Shown: one piece after another, positions 50,227 through 60,856 of the stretch
Layout of the letters: the number at the start of each line of letters is the position of its first letter
Position numbering within the stretch: the first letter of the stretch is position 1
From: an uncultured Acidobacteriota bacterium
GTDB lineage: Bacteria > Acidobacteriota > Terriglobia > UBA7540
Direction of reading: 5' to 3'
Assembly (NCBI GenBank): GCA_963804995.1
Contig: CAWDSK010000005.1
Location: forward strand, 544,001 to 608,000
Length of the DNA: 64,000 nt
The notes under the pieces: model-generated
What the model was told of the DNA's origin: nothing
The model's database searches: none
What the model saw: the letters and a program-made list of their open reading frames with translations, nothing else
Translations under genes and position numbers: made by a program

Positions 50227-52302
50227 ATGACTTGGAGCCGTCGAAGGTTCAATCGCAATCTCGCGTGCGCGGCCACGGCCGGCTGGGTAGGCGCTTCGCG
50301 CGCGGCCGGCCAGCGGAAGACGGTCTGGTCCATTTCGGCGGAGCGCTTCCCACGAATCGATTATCAGCCGGGAGCGCCGGAGCCGCTGCGCTATGCCGCT
50401 GAGGAACTCGCAACTTACTTGCGAAGAATTCTTGGCCCGGGGAAGCCCGCCCCCGCGCACGGCGGTCCTGCCATAGTGCTCGAACTCGCGGATGATGAGG
50501 GCCTGGGAGACGACGGCTTCGAGCTTGCGTTGCGCGGCGAAACTCTAACCATACGCGGGCACGCGGCCGGCGTGGTCTACGGTGCGTTCGAGTTCCTGCG
50601 CCGGTTCGGTGGCTGTAGTTTTGCCGGGGAGGGGCCGGACTGCGAGTACGTCCCCCGCCGCGAGCAGATCGACGTGGATGTTCCCGTGCTGCGCATGCGG
50701 CCAAAGCTGTGGTACCGCGCCTATCAGTTCTTCTACCCGGAACCGCGTGAGCTTTCTGTACAGCGATTTGACTGGATGGTGCGCAACGGCCTTAATTTTA
50801 TTACCTACAACGCGCGCCCGGACGACGTCCCTGACCACTTCACCGCCGACGATCCCCCCAGTGGCGTGCCCCTGTCCCAAGAGCAGATTTCCTATACCGT
50901 GGGTTGGTTCAACACGAACCTGTTGCCTGAGGCGCTCAAGCGCGGGCTGCAGCTCGACTATAACATCCACAACCTTTACCACTGGCTGCCGCCCTACCGT
51001 TATTTCGACCAGCACCCGGAGTGGTACGCCCTGGTCAACGGTAAACGCGTCGGGGAACTTGGCCAGCAACTCGCCATCTGCACCAGCAACGAGGAGGCCG
51101 TCTCCATGCTGGTCGCGAACGTCAAGCAGTTCCTGCGCGCTAATCCCTACGTAAAGATCGTGGGCGTGATCCCCGAAGACGGCATCGGGATGTGCCAGTG
51201 CGAGCGTTGCGTGCGCGGCGACCTGGACCCCAAGGACGCTTTCCGTCCCTACCTCGGTAACAAGCTCCCCGCAGCCGAGAACAAGAGCAAGAGCCTGCGC
51301 AACGCCCGGCTCGTCAACCATGTGGCGCGCGAGGTTCGCGACGAATTTCCGCACGTTCTGGTTGGCCACGCCGCCTACGTGGACCTCGAATGGCCTCCGG
51401 AGGGTTTGAAACTTGAGCCGAACGTGATCACCTGGTTCGCCATCTACGGGCGCGATGGGGCGCACCCCCTGGCGGCCGACAGCCCGTCACCGACCAACCG
51501 GTTTTTCTTCGACCTTATCCGCAAGTGGCGGCAGGTCCACCCCGGCCATCTTACCGTTTACGAATACTACATGGGCATGGACGCGCAGCGCTCGCTCCCC
51601 TATCCCATGGCCGAAGGGATTTGCCGCGACTGGCCGAACCTGAAACGCATCGGCGTCGAAGGCGCCATCGTCCAGTCCTGGAGTTCCAATCACAATTCGT
51701 ACGGACTGAATAACCTGGCTTTCGCGCGCCTTGGCTGGAACGACCAGGTGGATTTTGAGGGGCTGATGGACGAGTTCCTGCTGGGCATGTTCGGCCGAGC
51801 GGCGAGCGAACTGAAGCCGGTCTTTGTGAGGATGCAGCAGGCCCTCAAGTCCGTGGAGGCCGGCACGGCGGGCGATTCGCTGTATCTATCCACTTACGAT
51901 GTTTCGGATATCACGAAGGGCAGCTTCCTGCCCGATGCCTACAATATCGGATATCTGCTCGAGCAGATCGGCGGGGATTTTCTTGATGGCGCGCTCGGCA
52001 GGGCAAAACAGAAAGCCGCGGACGCCCGGGAACGGCGTCAGGTGGAATACTTCGCCGCCGTGACGGTTTATTGGCGCAAGTCGGCAGAAGCTCTCGGCAT
52101 CGAATTGCGCGCCATGCAGGCCCATAGGAAAGGTGATAAGCCGCGCGCCGCTGAATTGTACCGGCAGGCCCTGGTGAAGGAACAGGAAGCGTCCGACTAT
52201 GCCCGCACCCTGCCTCCGCGTGGCTGGATGTCGGTCACCCTGCCACGCGTCTGGCGCCGCTCCCTGAACGAGTTGAAGGAAAGATTGGCCGAAGTCACTT
52301 AG
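50227..52302 (+). CDS. Tat-exported DUF4838-domain protein (putative glycoside hydrolase)
   Basis: WSRRRF; YAAEELATYL, GVVYGAFEFL, YFDQHPEWYAL, QLAICTSN, CQCERC and VYEYY motifs. Confidence 0.82.
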   Translation: MTWSRRRFNRNLACAATAGWVGASRAAGQRKTVWSISAERFPRIDYQPGAPEPLRYAAEELATYLRRILGPGKPAPAHGGPAIVLELADDEGLGDDGFELALRGETLTIRGHAAGVVYGAFEFLRRFGGCSFAGEGPDCEYVPRREQIDVDVPVLRMRPKLWYRAYQFFYPEPRELSVQRFDWMVRNGLNFITYNARPDDVPDHFTADDPPSGVPLSQEQISYTVGWFNTNLLPEALKRGLQLDYNIHNLYHWLPPYRYFDQHPEWYALVNGKRVGELGQQLAICTSNEEAVSMLVANVKQFLRANPYVKIVGVIPEDGIGMCQCERCVRGDLDPKDAFRPYLGNKLPAAENKSKSLRNARLVNHVAREVRDEFPHVLVGHAAYVDLEWPPEGLKLEPNVITWFAIYGRDGAHPLAADSPSPTNRFFFDLIRKWRQVHPGHLTVYEYYMGMDAQRSLPYPMAEGICRDWPNLKRIGVEGAIVQSWSSNHNSYGLNNLAFARLGWNDQVDFEGLMDEFLLGMFGRAASELKPVFVRMQQALKSVEAGTAGDSLYLSTYDVSDITKGSFLPDAYNIGYLLEQIGGDFLDGALGRAKQKAADARERRQVEYFAAVTVYWRKSAEALGIELRAMQAHRKGDKPRAAELYRQALVKEQEASDYARTLPPRGWMSVTLPRVWRRSLNELKERLAEVT

Positions 52303-52352
52303 CGGATTTTCCTCCTCAGGTGTGGAAGCACGGAGCGAAGGCAGCGGAGCCG

Positions 52353-52500
52353 CAAAGGAAAGTCAAAAGGCAAAGGGCAAAAGTCAAAAGTAAAAAGTCC
52401 CGACTAGTGGTACCTCTCCGCTGGATCCCACAACCCCCTCCCCCCGGCCCCTCTGTCGCCGCGGCGGGAGAAGGTGCTGAGGTACGAAGCGGATGAGGGG
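52353..52500. repeat. Heptamer plus hairpin mosaic repeat
   Basis: CAAAAGG/CAAAAGT run then CTCCGCTGGATCC.ACAACCCCCTC, as at 29095-29210. Confidence 0.7.
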
Positions 52501-52646
52501 TCTCTTGGATGGAAGTCGCGACATTCAACCCTCGCCCCAAAATGTTTGCTAACCAAACAAGAATTCACGGTATTGCAATGCAGACCGCAAAGGTCCGGGG
52601 GCTCAACTACACCCGCCGCCACAATCCGGCAATCGACACGATGATC

Positions 52647-55600
52647 CTACGGCGCCGTGGCGCACACGTAGCGGCGGCCACCGGCGACGGGTTTGAATTC
52701 GTACCATCCCGGTTTGGGCGAAGTGAAATCTACCTTGCCCAGGTTTTTGCCCTCCGGGTCATAGGCCATCACGCTGCTTACCTTGGGGGCGCGGAAAGCG
52801 ATGCGGTCGTTGCCGTATATATCAATCAATTCCCACAGGCCGTTGCCGGTATGGCGCAGGGCCACACTGCCGGTGGCTCCCAGGTTGCCGTTTTCGGTCC
52901 ACTGCCCGCGTCCATCGAGAAATTCATAGTCCGGCGCTTCGACCGCGTCAATGCGATGCCCGGCGAGGTTGGCCGATTCTTCGCGGAAATGGTTCTTGCC
53001 ATTGATTGCCAGCCATCCGGAAACCGGTAACTCCTGCACCGCGCCGGAGGAGTCAGTGACGGACCAGGCGCCGGCGGACGCACGGTTCACCCAGACTTCG
53101 GTTCCGTTTTCGTACGCCACGTGCAGGTGGCCCACCGCCTGAGCCCCGGTTGCCATCGCCTGGCTGGGGGTAAGGAACTTCCCCGAACCATCGGCGTATT
53201 CGATGGCTCTAGGTTCAGTGAAAGCATATTGCTGTTGTAACTGTTGCATCATGTAGTATGACCGTGCCAGGGCCTCGACATAGAAGGGCTCCGAGGAATC
53301 AAAATCGGTGGCCAGCCATCCCATGTTTCCATAGGCAATGGTCGTGGCCAGGAAAAGGTCAAGATATTCGCGCCTTTTCGGCGAGGTGGTCCAGTCCTTG
53401 TCCAACTGCCCCAGGTAGTAGCCGGTGTCGCCCATGCCGTAATCGCACTCCAGGGGCTGAATCTTCCGCAGCTTGAAGGAAACGTCCAGGGGTTCGGTCA
53501 GCAGGTTTGCCTTGGTGTAAACCCAGCCGTAGCTTCCCGACGTCAATCCCGCGTACATCCACTGGTACGTGCCCTCGGACTGGGTGGGTCCATAGACCTG
53601 CTGATCGTTGCGCAGCAATTGTCCGTAGGCATAAAACGTGGAGGCAAAAGTTCCCGCTCCCGGCACGCGCGCGTCGAAGTCACAATAATCCCACGGCGCA
53701 TTGGCGGTGTGCACGTCGGTGTAAGACATCTTCACGCCGAACTTCTCCTTGATGCGTGGGGCGTAGTAATCATCAAACTCCACCGCCTTGGCGGGCTTCT
53801 CGGCATAGTTGCGCGGCCAGGCGCGGCGCCATTCGCCCTCCGGGGTGCGCTGCACATGGTCCGGGTTCCAGTTTTCGTTGACCGTATTGAAGTCGCAGTA
53901 GTTGGAGTAAACGCCCTGCAGCCACCCCATGTCGTTCTGCGCCTGGATGTACCACTTCAGCATGGCATCGCCGCCCTTTTGCGGCGCCGCGTGGAGCTTC
54001 AGCGTGTTGCTGTCGCCCTCGTCGCGCCAGGTGACCTCGTGGCTATGCTGCATGACTTTGTCCAGACCATAGGCGCGAATACGCTGGCAGCGCTCGTGGT
54101 CGCGGACGAACGAGTCCGGCTCGGTCACGGTCCACACAACCTGCTTGCCCTCCGCCTGCCGAATCGAAGGGGGATTGGCCGGGGTGGGCAGCGTCTCCTC
54201 GTAATTGGGCGAATTGGTAATGAAGATCCTCTCGTAAAGGTTGTTGCGCAAACCGTCGGTCCTGGGCAGATAGCGCATTCCGCCGTTGATCTCCGCGCTA
54301 TCGCCGGTCACCTTCGGGTCGGCGGTGAAATAGGGTGCGGAGGCATTCGAGCGGTACCAATCGAACCAGATGGAGGTGAAGACGGAATGGGCCGCGTCGC
54401 CGGAGATCAGCACGCGCGGGTTGGTCGGTCCATAAGTGATGTAGGGGACGGTAATCAGCCGGGGGTGGGCGACGCCGGCGACATGTCCAAAACTCAGTTC
54501 GGTAGCTTCACCGCCTTCCGACCACGCGTTCGAGCACCAGAGACTTTTGCCACAAGCGCATCTGGTAATCCACTAACCGCGATCCCATACGAAAGCGCGC
54601 CTCGACGGCGTCGTTGGCCAGCGCGGCGGAAACCAGTTCACCCTCCGCCACGCTGCCCGACGCGGTGTCGACGAAGCGGACGCCACCGCCCTCGAGAGGC
54701 ACGAACGGCGCACCCCCATTGACGCGCACCGTCAACTCGCCCAGGCGGCCCCTGGCTGGGCGGTATTCGTAGGCGACCGTGCCATCCCGGCCGTCATAGC
54801 GCAGTTCGAAATGTCCCGGCCCGGCTTGCCGCACCACCACCTTGAAATCCTTTTCGAAATTCACCGGCAGGATTGTTTCCTCGCGCGTGGGGAATGGCAA
54901 CGTTCCCGCCCCGGTGTTGGTTCCCACCACTTCGCCGCGATAGGGTTTGAGATTCCGCTGGGGCTGAGGTTTGAAGGTGAGCGGCTTCAATTCTTCCGTG
55001 TAGAACGCTAACGAGTCACAGAAAAAGTAGCGAGCCTGCGGGTTCGCCGCGTTGCCGATTTCGATGCCGGAAAAGCGGGCCGGCAGGACGATTTGGGCCA
55101 GAATCTCGCGGGGGATGCGGCGATGAATCAGCCACCACTGCTTCCATTGGACGTTGGTGAGCTGAACGCGGAATTCCTTTCCCCGCGCATCCTGCAGCAG
55201 GACGGCAACCTCAGCGGGAGGCGTGGTCGCATCGGGCACCCAACTCCAGCGATTGCCATAGCCCCACAAATCAATCGAGTCGAAACTGCCGGGAATGGGG
55301 ACGGGCTGCGGCGGCCGGGCAATCACGTGGCTTTCCGCGCGCCCGCCGGAATAAACAATCTTGGCCACATACTCGCCCCACAACTGCTGCTCACGGCTGC
55401 GCCGCAATTCTCCCTGCGCACCGTCATGGAGTTCCAGGGTCCAGCCCTTGAGGTCTTGAAAATCCACAAGGGTGTGCGGGTCTTGCTGCCGCTCGGTCCA
55501 GGTGAATTCATAAGGCTGCTGCCCGACTTGCTGCCACGGTTCGATTTCATTGATGGCGGGGACAATATTCTGCTGGGCGAAGAGCCCGGCAGGAAGGAGT

Positions 55601-55653
55601 GCGAGGACGGACAGTATTACGATGAATCTGCGCATGGGTTTTGGAATCCTCAC
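52647..55653 (-). CDS. Large secreted hypothetical protein (putative glycoside hydrolase), frameshift ~54530
   Basis: Signal peptide; the two ORFs join with one extra base (..LVLD/AWSEGGEATELSFG..); YTDVH and SEG motifs resemble GH101/GH129-type barrels (tentative). Confidence 0.7.
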
Positions 55654-57167
55654 TTCTTCTCCGCATCAAGCCTGCCACCGGTCCAACGGATGGCGTCCTG
55701 GACCAGCGTGCGGTAGGCAGGGTAGAGATGCGCTCTCTCGCCGTGGCCAAGTTGGATGTAGACCACGCGGGATTTTTCATAAGGACTGATCCAGGCCACG
55801 GGGCCGTCACTCGTAGGCGCATCGGTGCGGAGCAGCACTTTCACGTCCGGAGAGATCCACATGCCCTTATAGGTTTCGTCCCACAGGTGCATGACTCCCA
55901 CATTGGCCGTGATGGGGTGGCGCATGACGGGTCGAACACAAGCCTCTTGATCGTGCAGGTACGTCGAGGCGGGTGTCGCGCCCTCGGGTTTGAGAAGGTA
56001 CTTGCCGCCTACGACCTCCTTATACCACCAATCCCAATCCTGATAATCGGCAATGGCGTGGTGCAGCACCACGATGCCTTTTCCCGCTTCCACGAAGTCG
56101 CGCAAGTTGGCCTTTTCCCGGTCGCTGATCTCCTGGGTAAAGTCGTAGAGCACCAGCACGTCGTACTTTTTACGGAGGTCATCGCGGAAGGCTTCGTGGT
56201 TGGAGAGGGCGTGCACCCAGCCGAGGTCCTTCGCTCCTTCAAAGACCGTGTAGAAGGTGGTGGCGTATTCGTGCCCGCCCGTGACCACCAGCAAGCGAAG
56301 CGGCGGCGGCGCTTGGCTGGCGAGCGTGCCGGCAGGTGAAAGCGTAACGGCGCCCGTGGCCGCCCATTCCACCCCGCGCCCAAACGTGCTCACATAACCC
56401 GATTCCTGCTGAGCCGACACATCGTGGCCCAGAGCTGAGTAAAGGACGCGGCCCCTGCCGTAGTTAACCGTCCAGATAATAGGCTCATCTTTGCCGGTAC
56501 CGCCATTCGCAGGATCGTCGAATGCCGTGGCCAGGATGTGCACGCCGGGCGCCATCTGCGGACTGTGGTAGAGCTCATCGGAAGTGCGGAAAGACTCTCC
56601 TAAACCCTGAGTGACGGGATGCTCGCGGTCGACGAACTTTATGGTGAAGCAATGGCGCGGAGCGTGCGCGGTCTTGGGCGGTCCCTCCGTCCACCACCCG
56701 CCGATCATCTGCAAATATTCGGGCCAGGGCGGCTGCTTGAGGCCGGAGGGATGGTGGTTGTCCGCCAGGACCTCGATACCCGTGAAGGTGTAGTTGGCGC
56801 CGTGGACCGCTACCAGTCCTTTGCCCTGCTTGACGAAATTCACGACGGCTTTTTCCGTGACTTCTCCCCAGCGCGGGCCCTCGTAGTCCAGCACCAGGAC
56901 ATCGTAAGCTGCGAGCGTCGCCGCCGTCACTCCGGCGGGCTCCTCTTCTACACGCACGTCAAACCGGCCGCTCTCCACCAGGACTTTTCGCAGGAACGGC
57001 GTCGTAGTGCGCCAGTCATGATTGTTGCGGCCGGAAAAAATCAGCACACGGATTTTCCCCGGCTGGAAGAAGGGGATGGTGTCTTGGGCGAACATCGTGG
57101 AAACGACCAAAACAAATGTGGCGCAAAGAGCTATGGCACACGTGGTCCAGAATACTTTTCGATTCAT
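55650..57167 (-). CDS. Secreted protein with two ThuA-like domains
   Basis: GRNNHDW, GKGLVAVH, DELY and GRVLYSALGH, repeated as GGHEY, GKGIVVLH, DETY and RVVYIQLGH. Confidence 0.88.
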   Translation of the reverse strand: MNRKVFWTTCAIALCATFVLVVSTMFAQDTIPFFQPGKIRVLIFSGRNNHDWRTTTPFLRKVLVESGRFDVRVEEEPAGVTAATLAAYDVLVLDYEGPRWGEVTEKAVVNFVKQGKGLVAVHGANYTFTGIEVLADNHHPSGLKQPPWPEYLQMIGGWWTEGPPKTAHAPRHCFTIKFVDREHPVTQGLGESFRTSDELYHSPQMAPGVHILATAFDDPANGGTGKDEPIIWTVNYGRGRVLYSALGHDVSAQQESGYVSTFGRGVEWAATGAVTLSPAGTLASQAPPPLRLLVVTGGHEYATTFYTVFEGAKDLGWVHALSNHEAFRDDLRKKYDVLVLYDFTQEISDREKANLRDFVEAGKGIVVLHHAIADYQDWDWWYKEVVGGKYLLKPEGATPASTYLHDQEACVRPVMRHPITANVGVMHLWDETYKGMWISPDVKVLLRTDAPTSDGPVAWISPYEKSRVVYIQLGHGERAHLYPAYRTLVQDAIRWTGGRLDAEKK

Positions 57168-57242
57168 GATTCACCCTCGCATTGAAGGTTTGGAACTGAT
57201 GTTTGGCGTACCCAGGAACGGTTACTCAGTTCGTGCCTGGGT

Positions 57243-57381
57243 GACCCCCTCACCACCGGCCCCTCTGTCGCCGCGGCGACCGAGGGGGGGTGATTTGAAT
57301 CCATAGCCCTCGCCCCTTTGGGGGAGAGGGTGGACCGCCGCCGGCGTTCTCATCAGCCGGGGCGGGCCGGGTGAGGGGGTT
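57243..57381. repeat. CCCCTCACC...GGTGAGGGGG palindromic repeat
   Basis: Matches ~29176-29346 and the interior of the CTAG MITE. Confidence 0.78.
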
Positions 57382-57437
57382 CTAGCGTCGAACAGAGAAC
57401 CGACTTCTAGCCAAAGATTAAGTGAACAGCATTGGGG

Positions 57438-58265
57438 TCAGCCACCCAGCAGCCCGTTGAGATGCTCGAGGCTGCGCGCGGCCTGGGGCTCGGTACCGCA
57501 CTCGACGGAGAGCACGCCGTTGAAGTTCGCGCCCCGCAAGATCGCAATGACGCGTTGCCAATCGATGACGCCATCCCCGCAGGCGCACCCTACTGGTGTC
57601 CCAGTCACCTTGCCGCGTTCCGCGTCCGCGTGCTCAAGAGTTATATCTTTGGCATGGACGTGCACCAGCAAGGCCGAAACAGCCTGCAGTCCCTCGTATG
57701 GGTCGCCGCCCGCCAGGTACACGTTGCCAGTATCGTAATTAACCCGTAAGAGCGGCGAATCCACCAGGCCCACGATCTTCTGTAATCCTTCCGTCGTACG
57801 GGAAATGCTCTGGTGAGGTTCAATGCCGATGAAAATGCCGTAGCGCTCGGCGGTTCGCAGCACCGTCGTGAGCGTGTACTTCATAACCTGAAAGGCTTCC
57901 TCCATGCTCACCCAGGCAGGGCGAATACCCTCATCGGTATTGACGACGGGCGCGCCGATAGCGGCGGCGAGGCGAATGGCCTTCTGCAAATACGGCACGC
58001 TGATTTCCGGCCGCATCAGCGGGCAATGCGCGCTTAAGCCGGAAGCCTTCACCCCGTTTTGATCGAGGATATCCTTCATTTCTCCGGGGTCGTCGTCGAG
58101 GGAGAAGGAGTGAAAATAGCCTGCCTCGCTCAGCAGTTCCCGCCCGTTGTGAACCATCGGCTCCACGTACTTGTAGCCCAGTTTCGCCGCTACCTCCACT
58201 CCGGTGGCAAACGGCTTGTCCTGCGACCGGATGAATTCCATGTTCACGCCGACTGCAATGCTCAT
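57438..58265 (-). CDS. Sugar phosphate isomerase/epimerase
   Basis: IEPH, NYDTGN, HVHAKD and LSVEC motifs; ATGA overlap with the upstream gene. Confidence 0.9.
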   Translation of the reverse strand: MSIAVGVNMEFIRSQDKPFATGVEVAAKLGYKYVEPMVHNGRELLSEAGYFHSFSLDDDPGEMKDILDQNGVKASGLSAHCPLMRPEISVPYLQKAIRLAAAIGAPVVNTDEGIRPAWVSMEEAFQVMKYTLTTVLRTAERYGIFIGIEPHQSISRTTEGLQKIVGLVDSPLLRVNYDTGNVYLAGGDPYEGLQAVSALLVHVHAKDITLEHADAERGKVTGTPVGCACGDGVIDWQRVIAILRGANFNGVLSVECGTEPQAARSLEHLNGLLGG

Positions 58266-59449
58266 AAATCCCACTCCTTCTGCCAGGTCACCCGGCTTCG
58301 CTGTTTGTAGGCAATGTTGCCGATGTGGCAGGCCATCGCGGAATAGTGCCCATTCACCACGTCGGCGTTGGGCTGCTTGCGGCTGCGCACGCAATCCAGC
58401 CAATTGCTCATGTGCGTATCGTTCACTCCGGGCACAGAGACTTCGGGCACTTGCGGATTGCGTTTGCTGGGGATGAATTTGTAGCCGGAGCGGAAGATTG
58501 ACAGCCTACCCCCGGTGCCCAGGAAGACGATGTCCGCGCTGTCCCGGCCGTTCAAATCGGTGAGCGTAGCTTCAAACGTCACGTTGAGCTTCTCAGGGTA
58601 TTCCACGATGAAGTTGACGTTGTCGGGCGTGTCGCGTCCGTCGTCGTAAAGGTAAATCCCTCCGCCGGCCACGGCCGCCAGGGGACGCGTCAGATTCAGG
58701 AACCAGTGAACCACGTCGACCATATGCACGAACAGGCCGCCGGTCTGCCCGCCCGTGGAGAAATCCCAATAGGCGAAGCGGTTGAAATAGCGCTTGGGGT
58801 CCCAGGGGATTTTGGGAAGCCAGCCGAGGCAAGCGTCCCAGTCGAGCCCCGCCGGCTTCTGCTCCATTCCCGGTGGGGGCTGCGTCAAATAACCGCTGTT
58901 GGCGTTCCAGATGGTTCGGACCATGTTGACCGTGCCGATCAGTCCGGTATCGAAATACTTCTGCTTGGCTTCGGCAAAATGGGCCGTGCTGCGCTGCTGC
59001 ACTCCCACTTGCAGAATCCGGTTGTTTTCATGAACGGCCCGCACCAGGGGCGCCCCCTGCTCGGGCAGCGAGGTCATGGGCTTTTCAACGTAAACATCCT
59101 TGCCGGCTTTGCAGGCGTCGATGGATATCTGGGAATGCATGTGATCGAATGTCGCCACGATGACGCCGTCGATGTCCCGGCGATCGAGAAGTTGATGGTA
59201 ATTGGCGTACTTATCGACCTGCGTCTTCGCCACCAGTGCGGCTTGATCCCGCCGGGCGTCGTAGATGTCGGAAATCGCCACCCACTCAATGTTGCCGGCT
59301 TCGTTGGCCCGGGTCATCAGGTATTGCCCACGCTCGCCGGAGCCGATGATGCCGAGCCGGATGCGGTCGTTCGCCCCCCAAACGCGCAGGGCCGCAGCCG
59401 CGGTGGCCGCGCCGACCATAAAAGTTCTTCGGGAAATATGGTTTTTCAC
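58262..59449 (-). CDS. Tat-exported Gfo/Idh/MocA oxidoreductase
   Basis: ISRRTF, GANDRIRLGIIGSGERG, KDVYVEKP and QVGVQQRS motifs; GGAGG RBS before the GTG at 59449. Confidence 0.92.
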   Translation of the reverse strand: MKNHISRRTFMVGAATAAAALRVWGANDRIRLGIIGSGERGQYLMTRANEAGNIEWVAISDIYDARRDQAALVAKTQVDKYANYHQLLDRRDIDGVIVATFDHMHSQISIDACKAGKDVYVEKPMTSLPEQGAPLVRAVHENNRILQVGVQQRSTAHFAEAKQKYFDTGLIGTVNMVRTIWNANSGYLTQPPPGMEQKPAGLDWDACLGWLPKIPWDPKRYFNRFAYWDFSTGGQTGGLFVHMVDVVHWFLNLTRPLAAVAGGGIYLYDDGRDTPDNVNFIVEYPEKLNVTFEATLTDLNGRDSADIVFLGTGGRLSIFRSGYKFIPSKRNPQVPEVSVPGVNDTHMSNWLDCVRSRKQPNADVVNGHYSAMACHIGNIAYKQRSRVTWQKEWDL

Positions 59450-59636
59450 TTCGATAATCCTCCCTTGTCGGATATAAGGCGCTCCGTTATTACAGAGGCG
59501 GGGCGATGCGGGATCCTTAGCTTGCTTGGCGCTTCCTTCCTGGTCCTCAAGCGGGCAAAAGTATACACCTCGGGCGCCCGCTTGCACGTTTTTCTCCTAG
59601 GGAAGGGAAGTGAGTACCCTTTCCTCTCCGCACCGG

Positions 59637-59760
59637 GTAGCACAGGCACTCCTGCCTGTGAATGTGGCATGAGGTTCGAGCGTCAGGACACAGCCAGGAG
59701 TGGCTGTGCTACAACTAAGGCACTCAATCGCAGAGCGGGGCTCGCTCTGCGCCCGCCACC
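59637..59760. repeat. REPIN copy 1 (GTAGCACAGGCACTCCTGCCTGTG..CACAGCCAGGAGTGGCTGTGCTAC plus tail)
   Basis: Four copies in the same orientation at 59637, 60641, 62191 and 62925. Confidence 0.85.
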
Positions 59761-59801
59761 GCTGCGCACGCGCAGCGCCCGCGCCAAAACCAAAACCCTT
59801 G

Positions 59802-60311
59802 CTAATCACCTTTGACGCGGAGACCGAAAGGGCGTGTAGGCCCTTGGGTTTGCGGAGTTGTGAGAGAAATCGTGTAGAGAGCGGTGGACCCTGAGGCGAT
59901 TCCTGTCCCCAGTCCATGCATGACATTGGCAGCCGCATCGAGGTTGGTCAAAGTCTGCGGCGGCCCAAGGCTACCTGAAAGGTTGGATCTGAGGCTGACC
60001 GAAATATCGCCCACATCGTCCTGCGAAACGGAGATTCCAATAGCGTCGTACATTTGCAAGGAGTAGATCGTACTGGGCGGGTTAGTGATCAAGGTGCGGC
60101 CCATCAGCCTCGCTTCGAATGCAATGGGGCACACGAACGCGGCGGGCGGGCCTGGTTGATAAACAAGGGGGCCCGAGGCATAAGCAACCGTCCCCGCCAT
60201 TTCATTCGACGTGAGGCTCACATTCACGGTGACGTACATTGGTGGAGTTAGGTCTCCATATAGCTGGGCCGCGGTTTGGAACAAATCGGAAAAGTAAGTA
60301 AAGTCTCCCAT
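59802..60311 (-). CDS. Hypothetical protein, 169 aa, no family recognised
   Basis: AAGGAGG RBS; Ser/Thr/Gly-rich, beta-strand-like sequence; sits alone between two REPINs. Confidence 0.65.
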   Translation of the reverse strand: MGDFTYFSDLFQTAAQLYGDLTPPMYVTVNVSLTSNEMAGTVAYASGPLVYQPGPPAAFVCPIAFEARLMGRTLITNPPSTIYSLQMYDAIGISVSQDDVGDISVSLRSNLSGSLGPPQTLTNLDAAANVMHGLGTGIASGSTALYTISLTTPQTQGPTRPFGLRVKGD

Positions 60312-60640
60312 TGTAGCTAGCCTCCTTAGAAGAATCGCAGCACACAGCCATCAGGAAATTTAACTAACTTTCTATTTCTCAGTATTGACTCTCTTACACC
60401 TCATGTCAATGGCAGCGCCAAAGGTGGCCAAGTGGCGTCGATGTGGCCCCGTACTCAGCTTTGAGCCTTTCCTTTCTTTTGCGGCTCCCACTCTATGTTT
60501 GTTCCGCGCCCCCCGCCGCTTGCAGCCACAAGCGGCGCGGGGTGCGGATCACGAAAATTATCTGGAACGTCTTGTAACGGCGGGGCTGAAGCCCCGCCCT
60601 TCCGGCAGCCCCCAACACCCTTTAAGCGTGGTGAGAAATC

Positions 60641-60763
60641 GCACAGGCACTCCTGCCTGTGACTGCAGGAATAGGTTCGAGCGTAGGGACACAGCCAGGA
60701 GTGGCTGTGCCATCGCTAGGGCTTACCGGGAAGCGGGCTGGCTCGCCCTGCGCCAGCCACCCG
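60641..60763. repeat. REPIN copy 2
   Basis: GCACAGGCACTCCTGCCTGTG..AGGTTCGAGCG..GACACAGCCAGGAGTGGCTGTGC. Confidence 0.85.
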
Positions 60764-60856
60764 AAAGGACCGAAGTTTCCCCCACCACCGGTTGACACCA
60801 GCGCAGTAGGGCCATAACATTCAAATCACTTGGGGACCCTTACAGGGAGGTGCACT

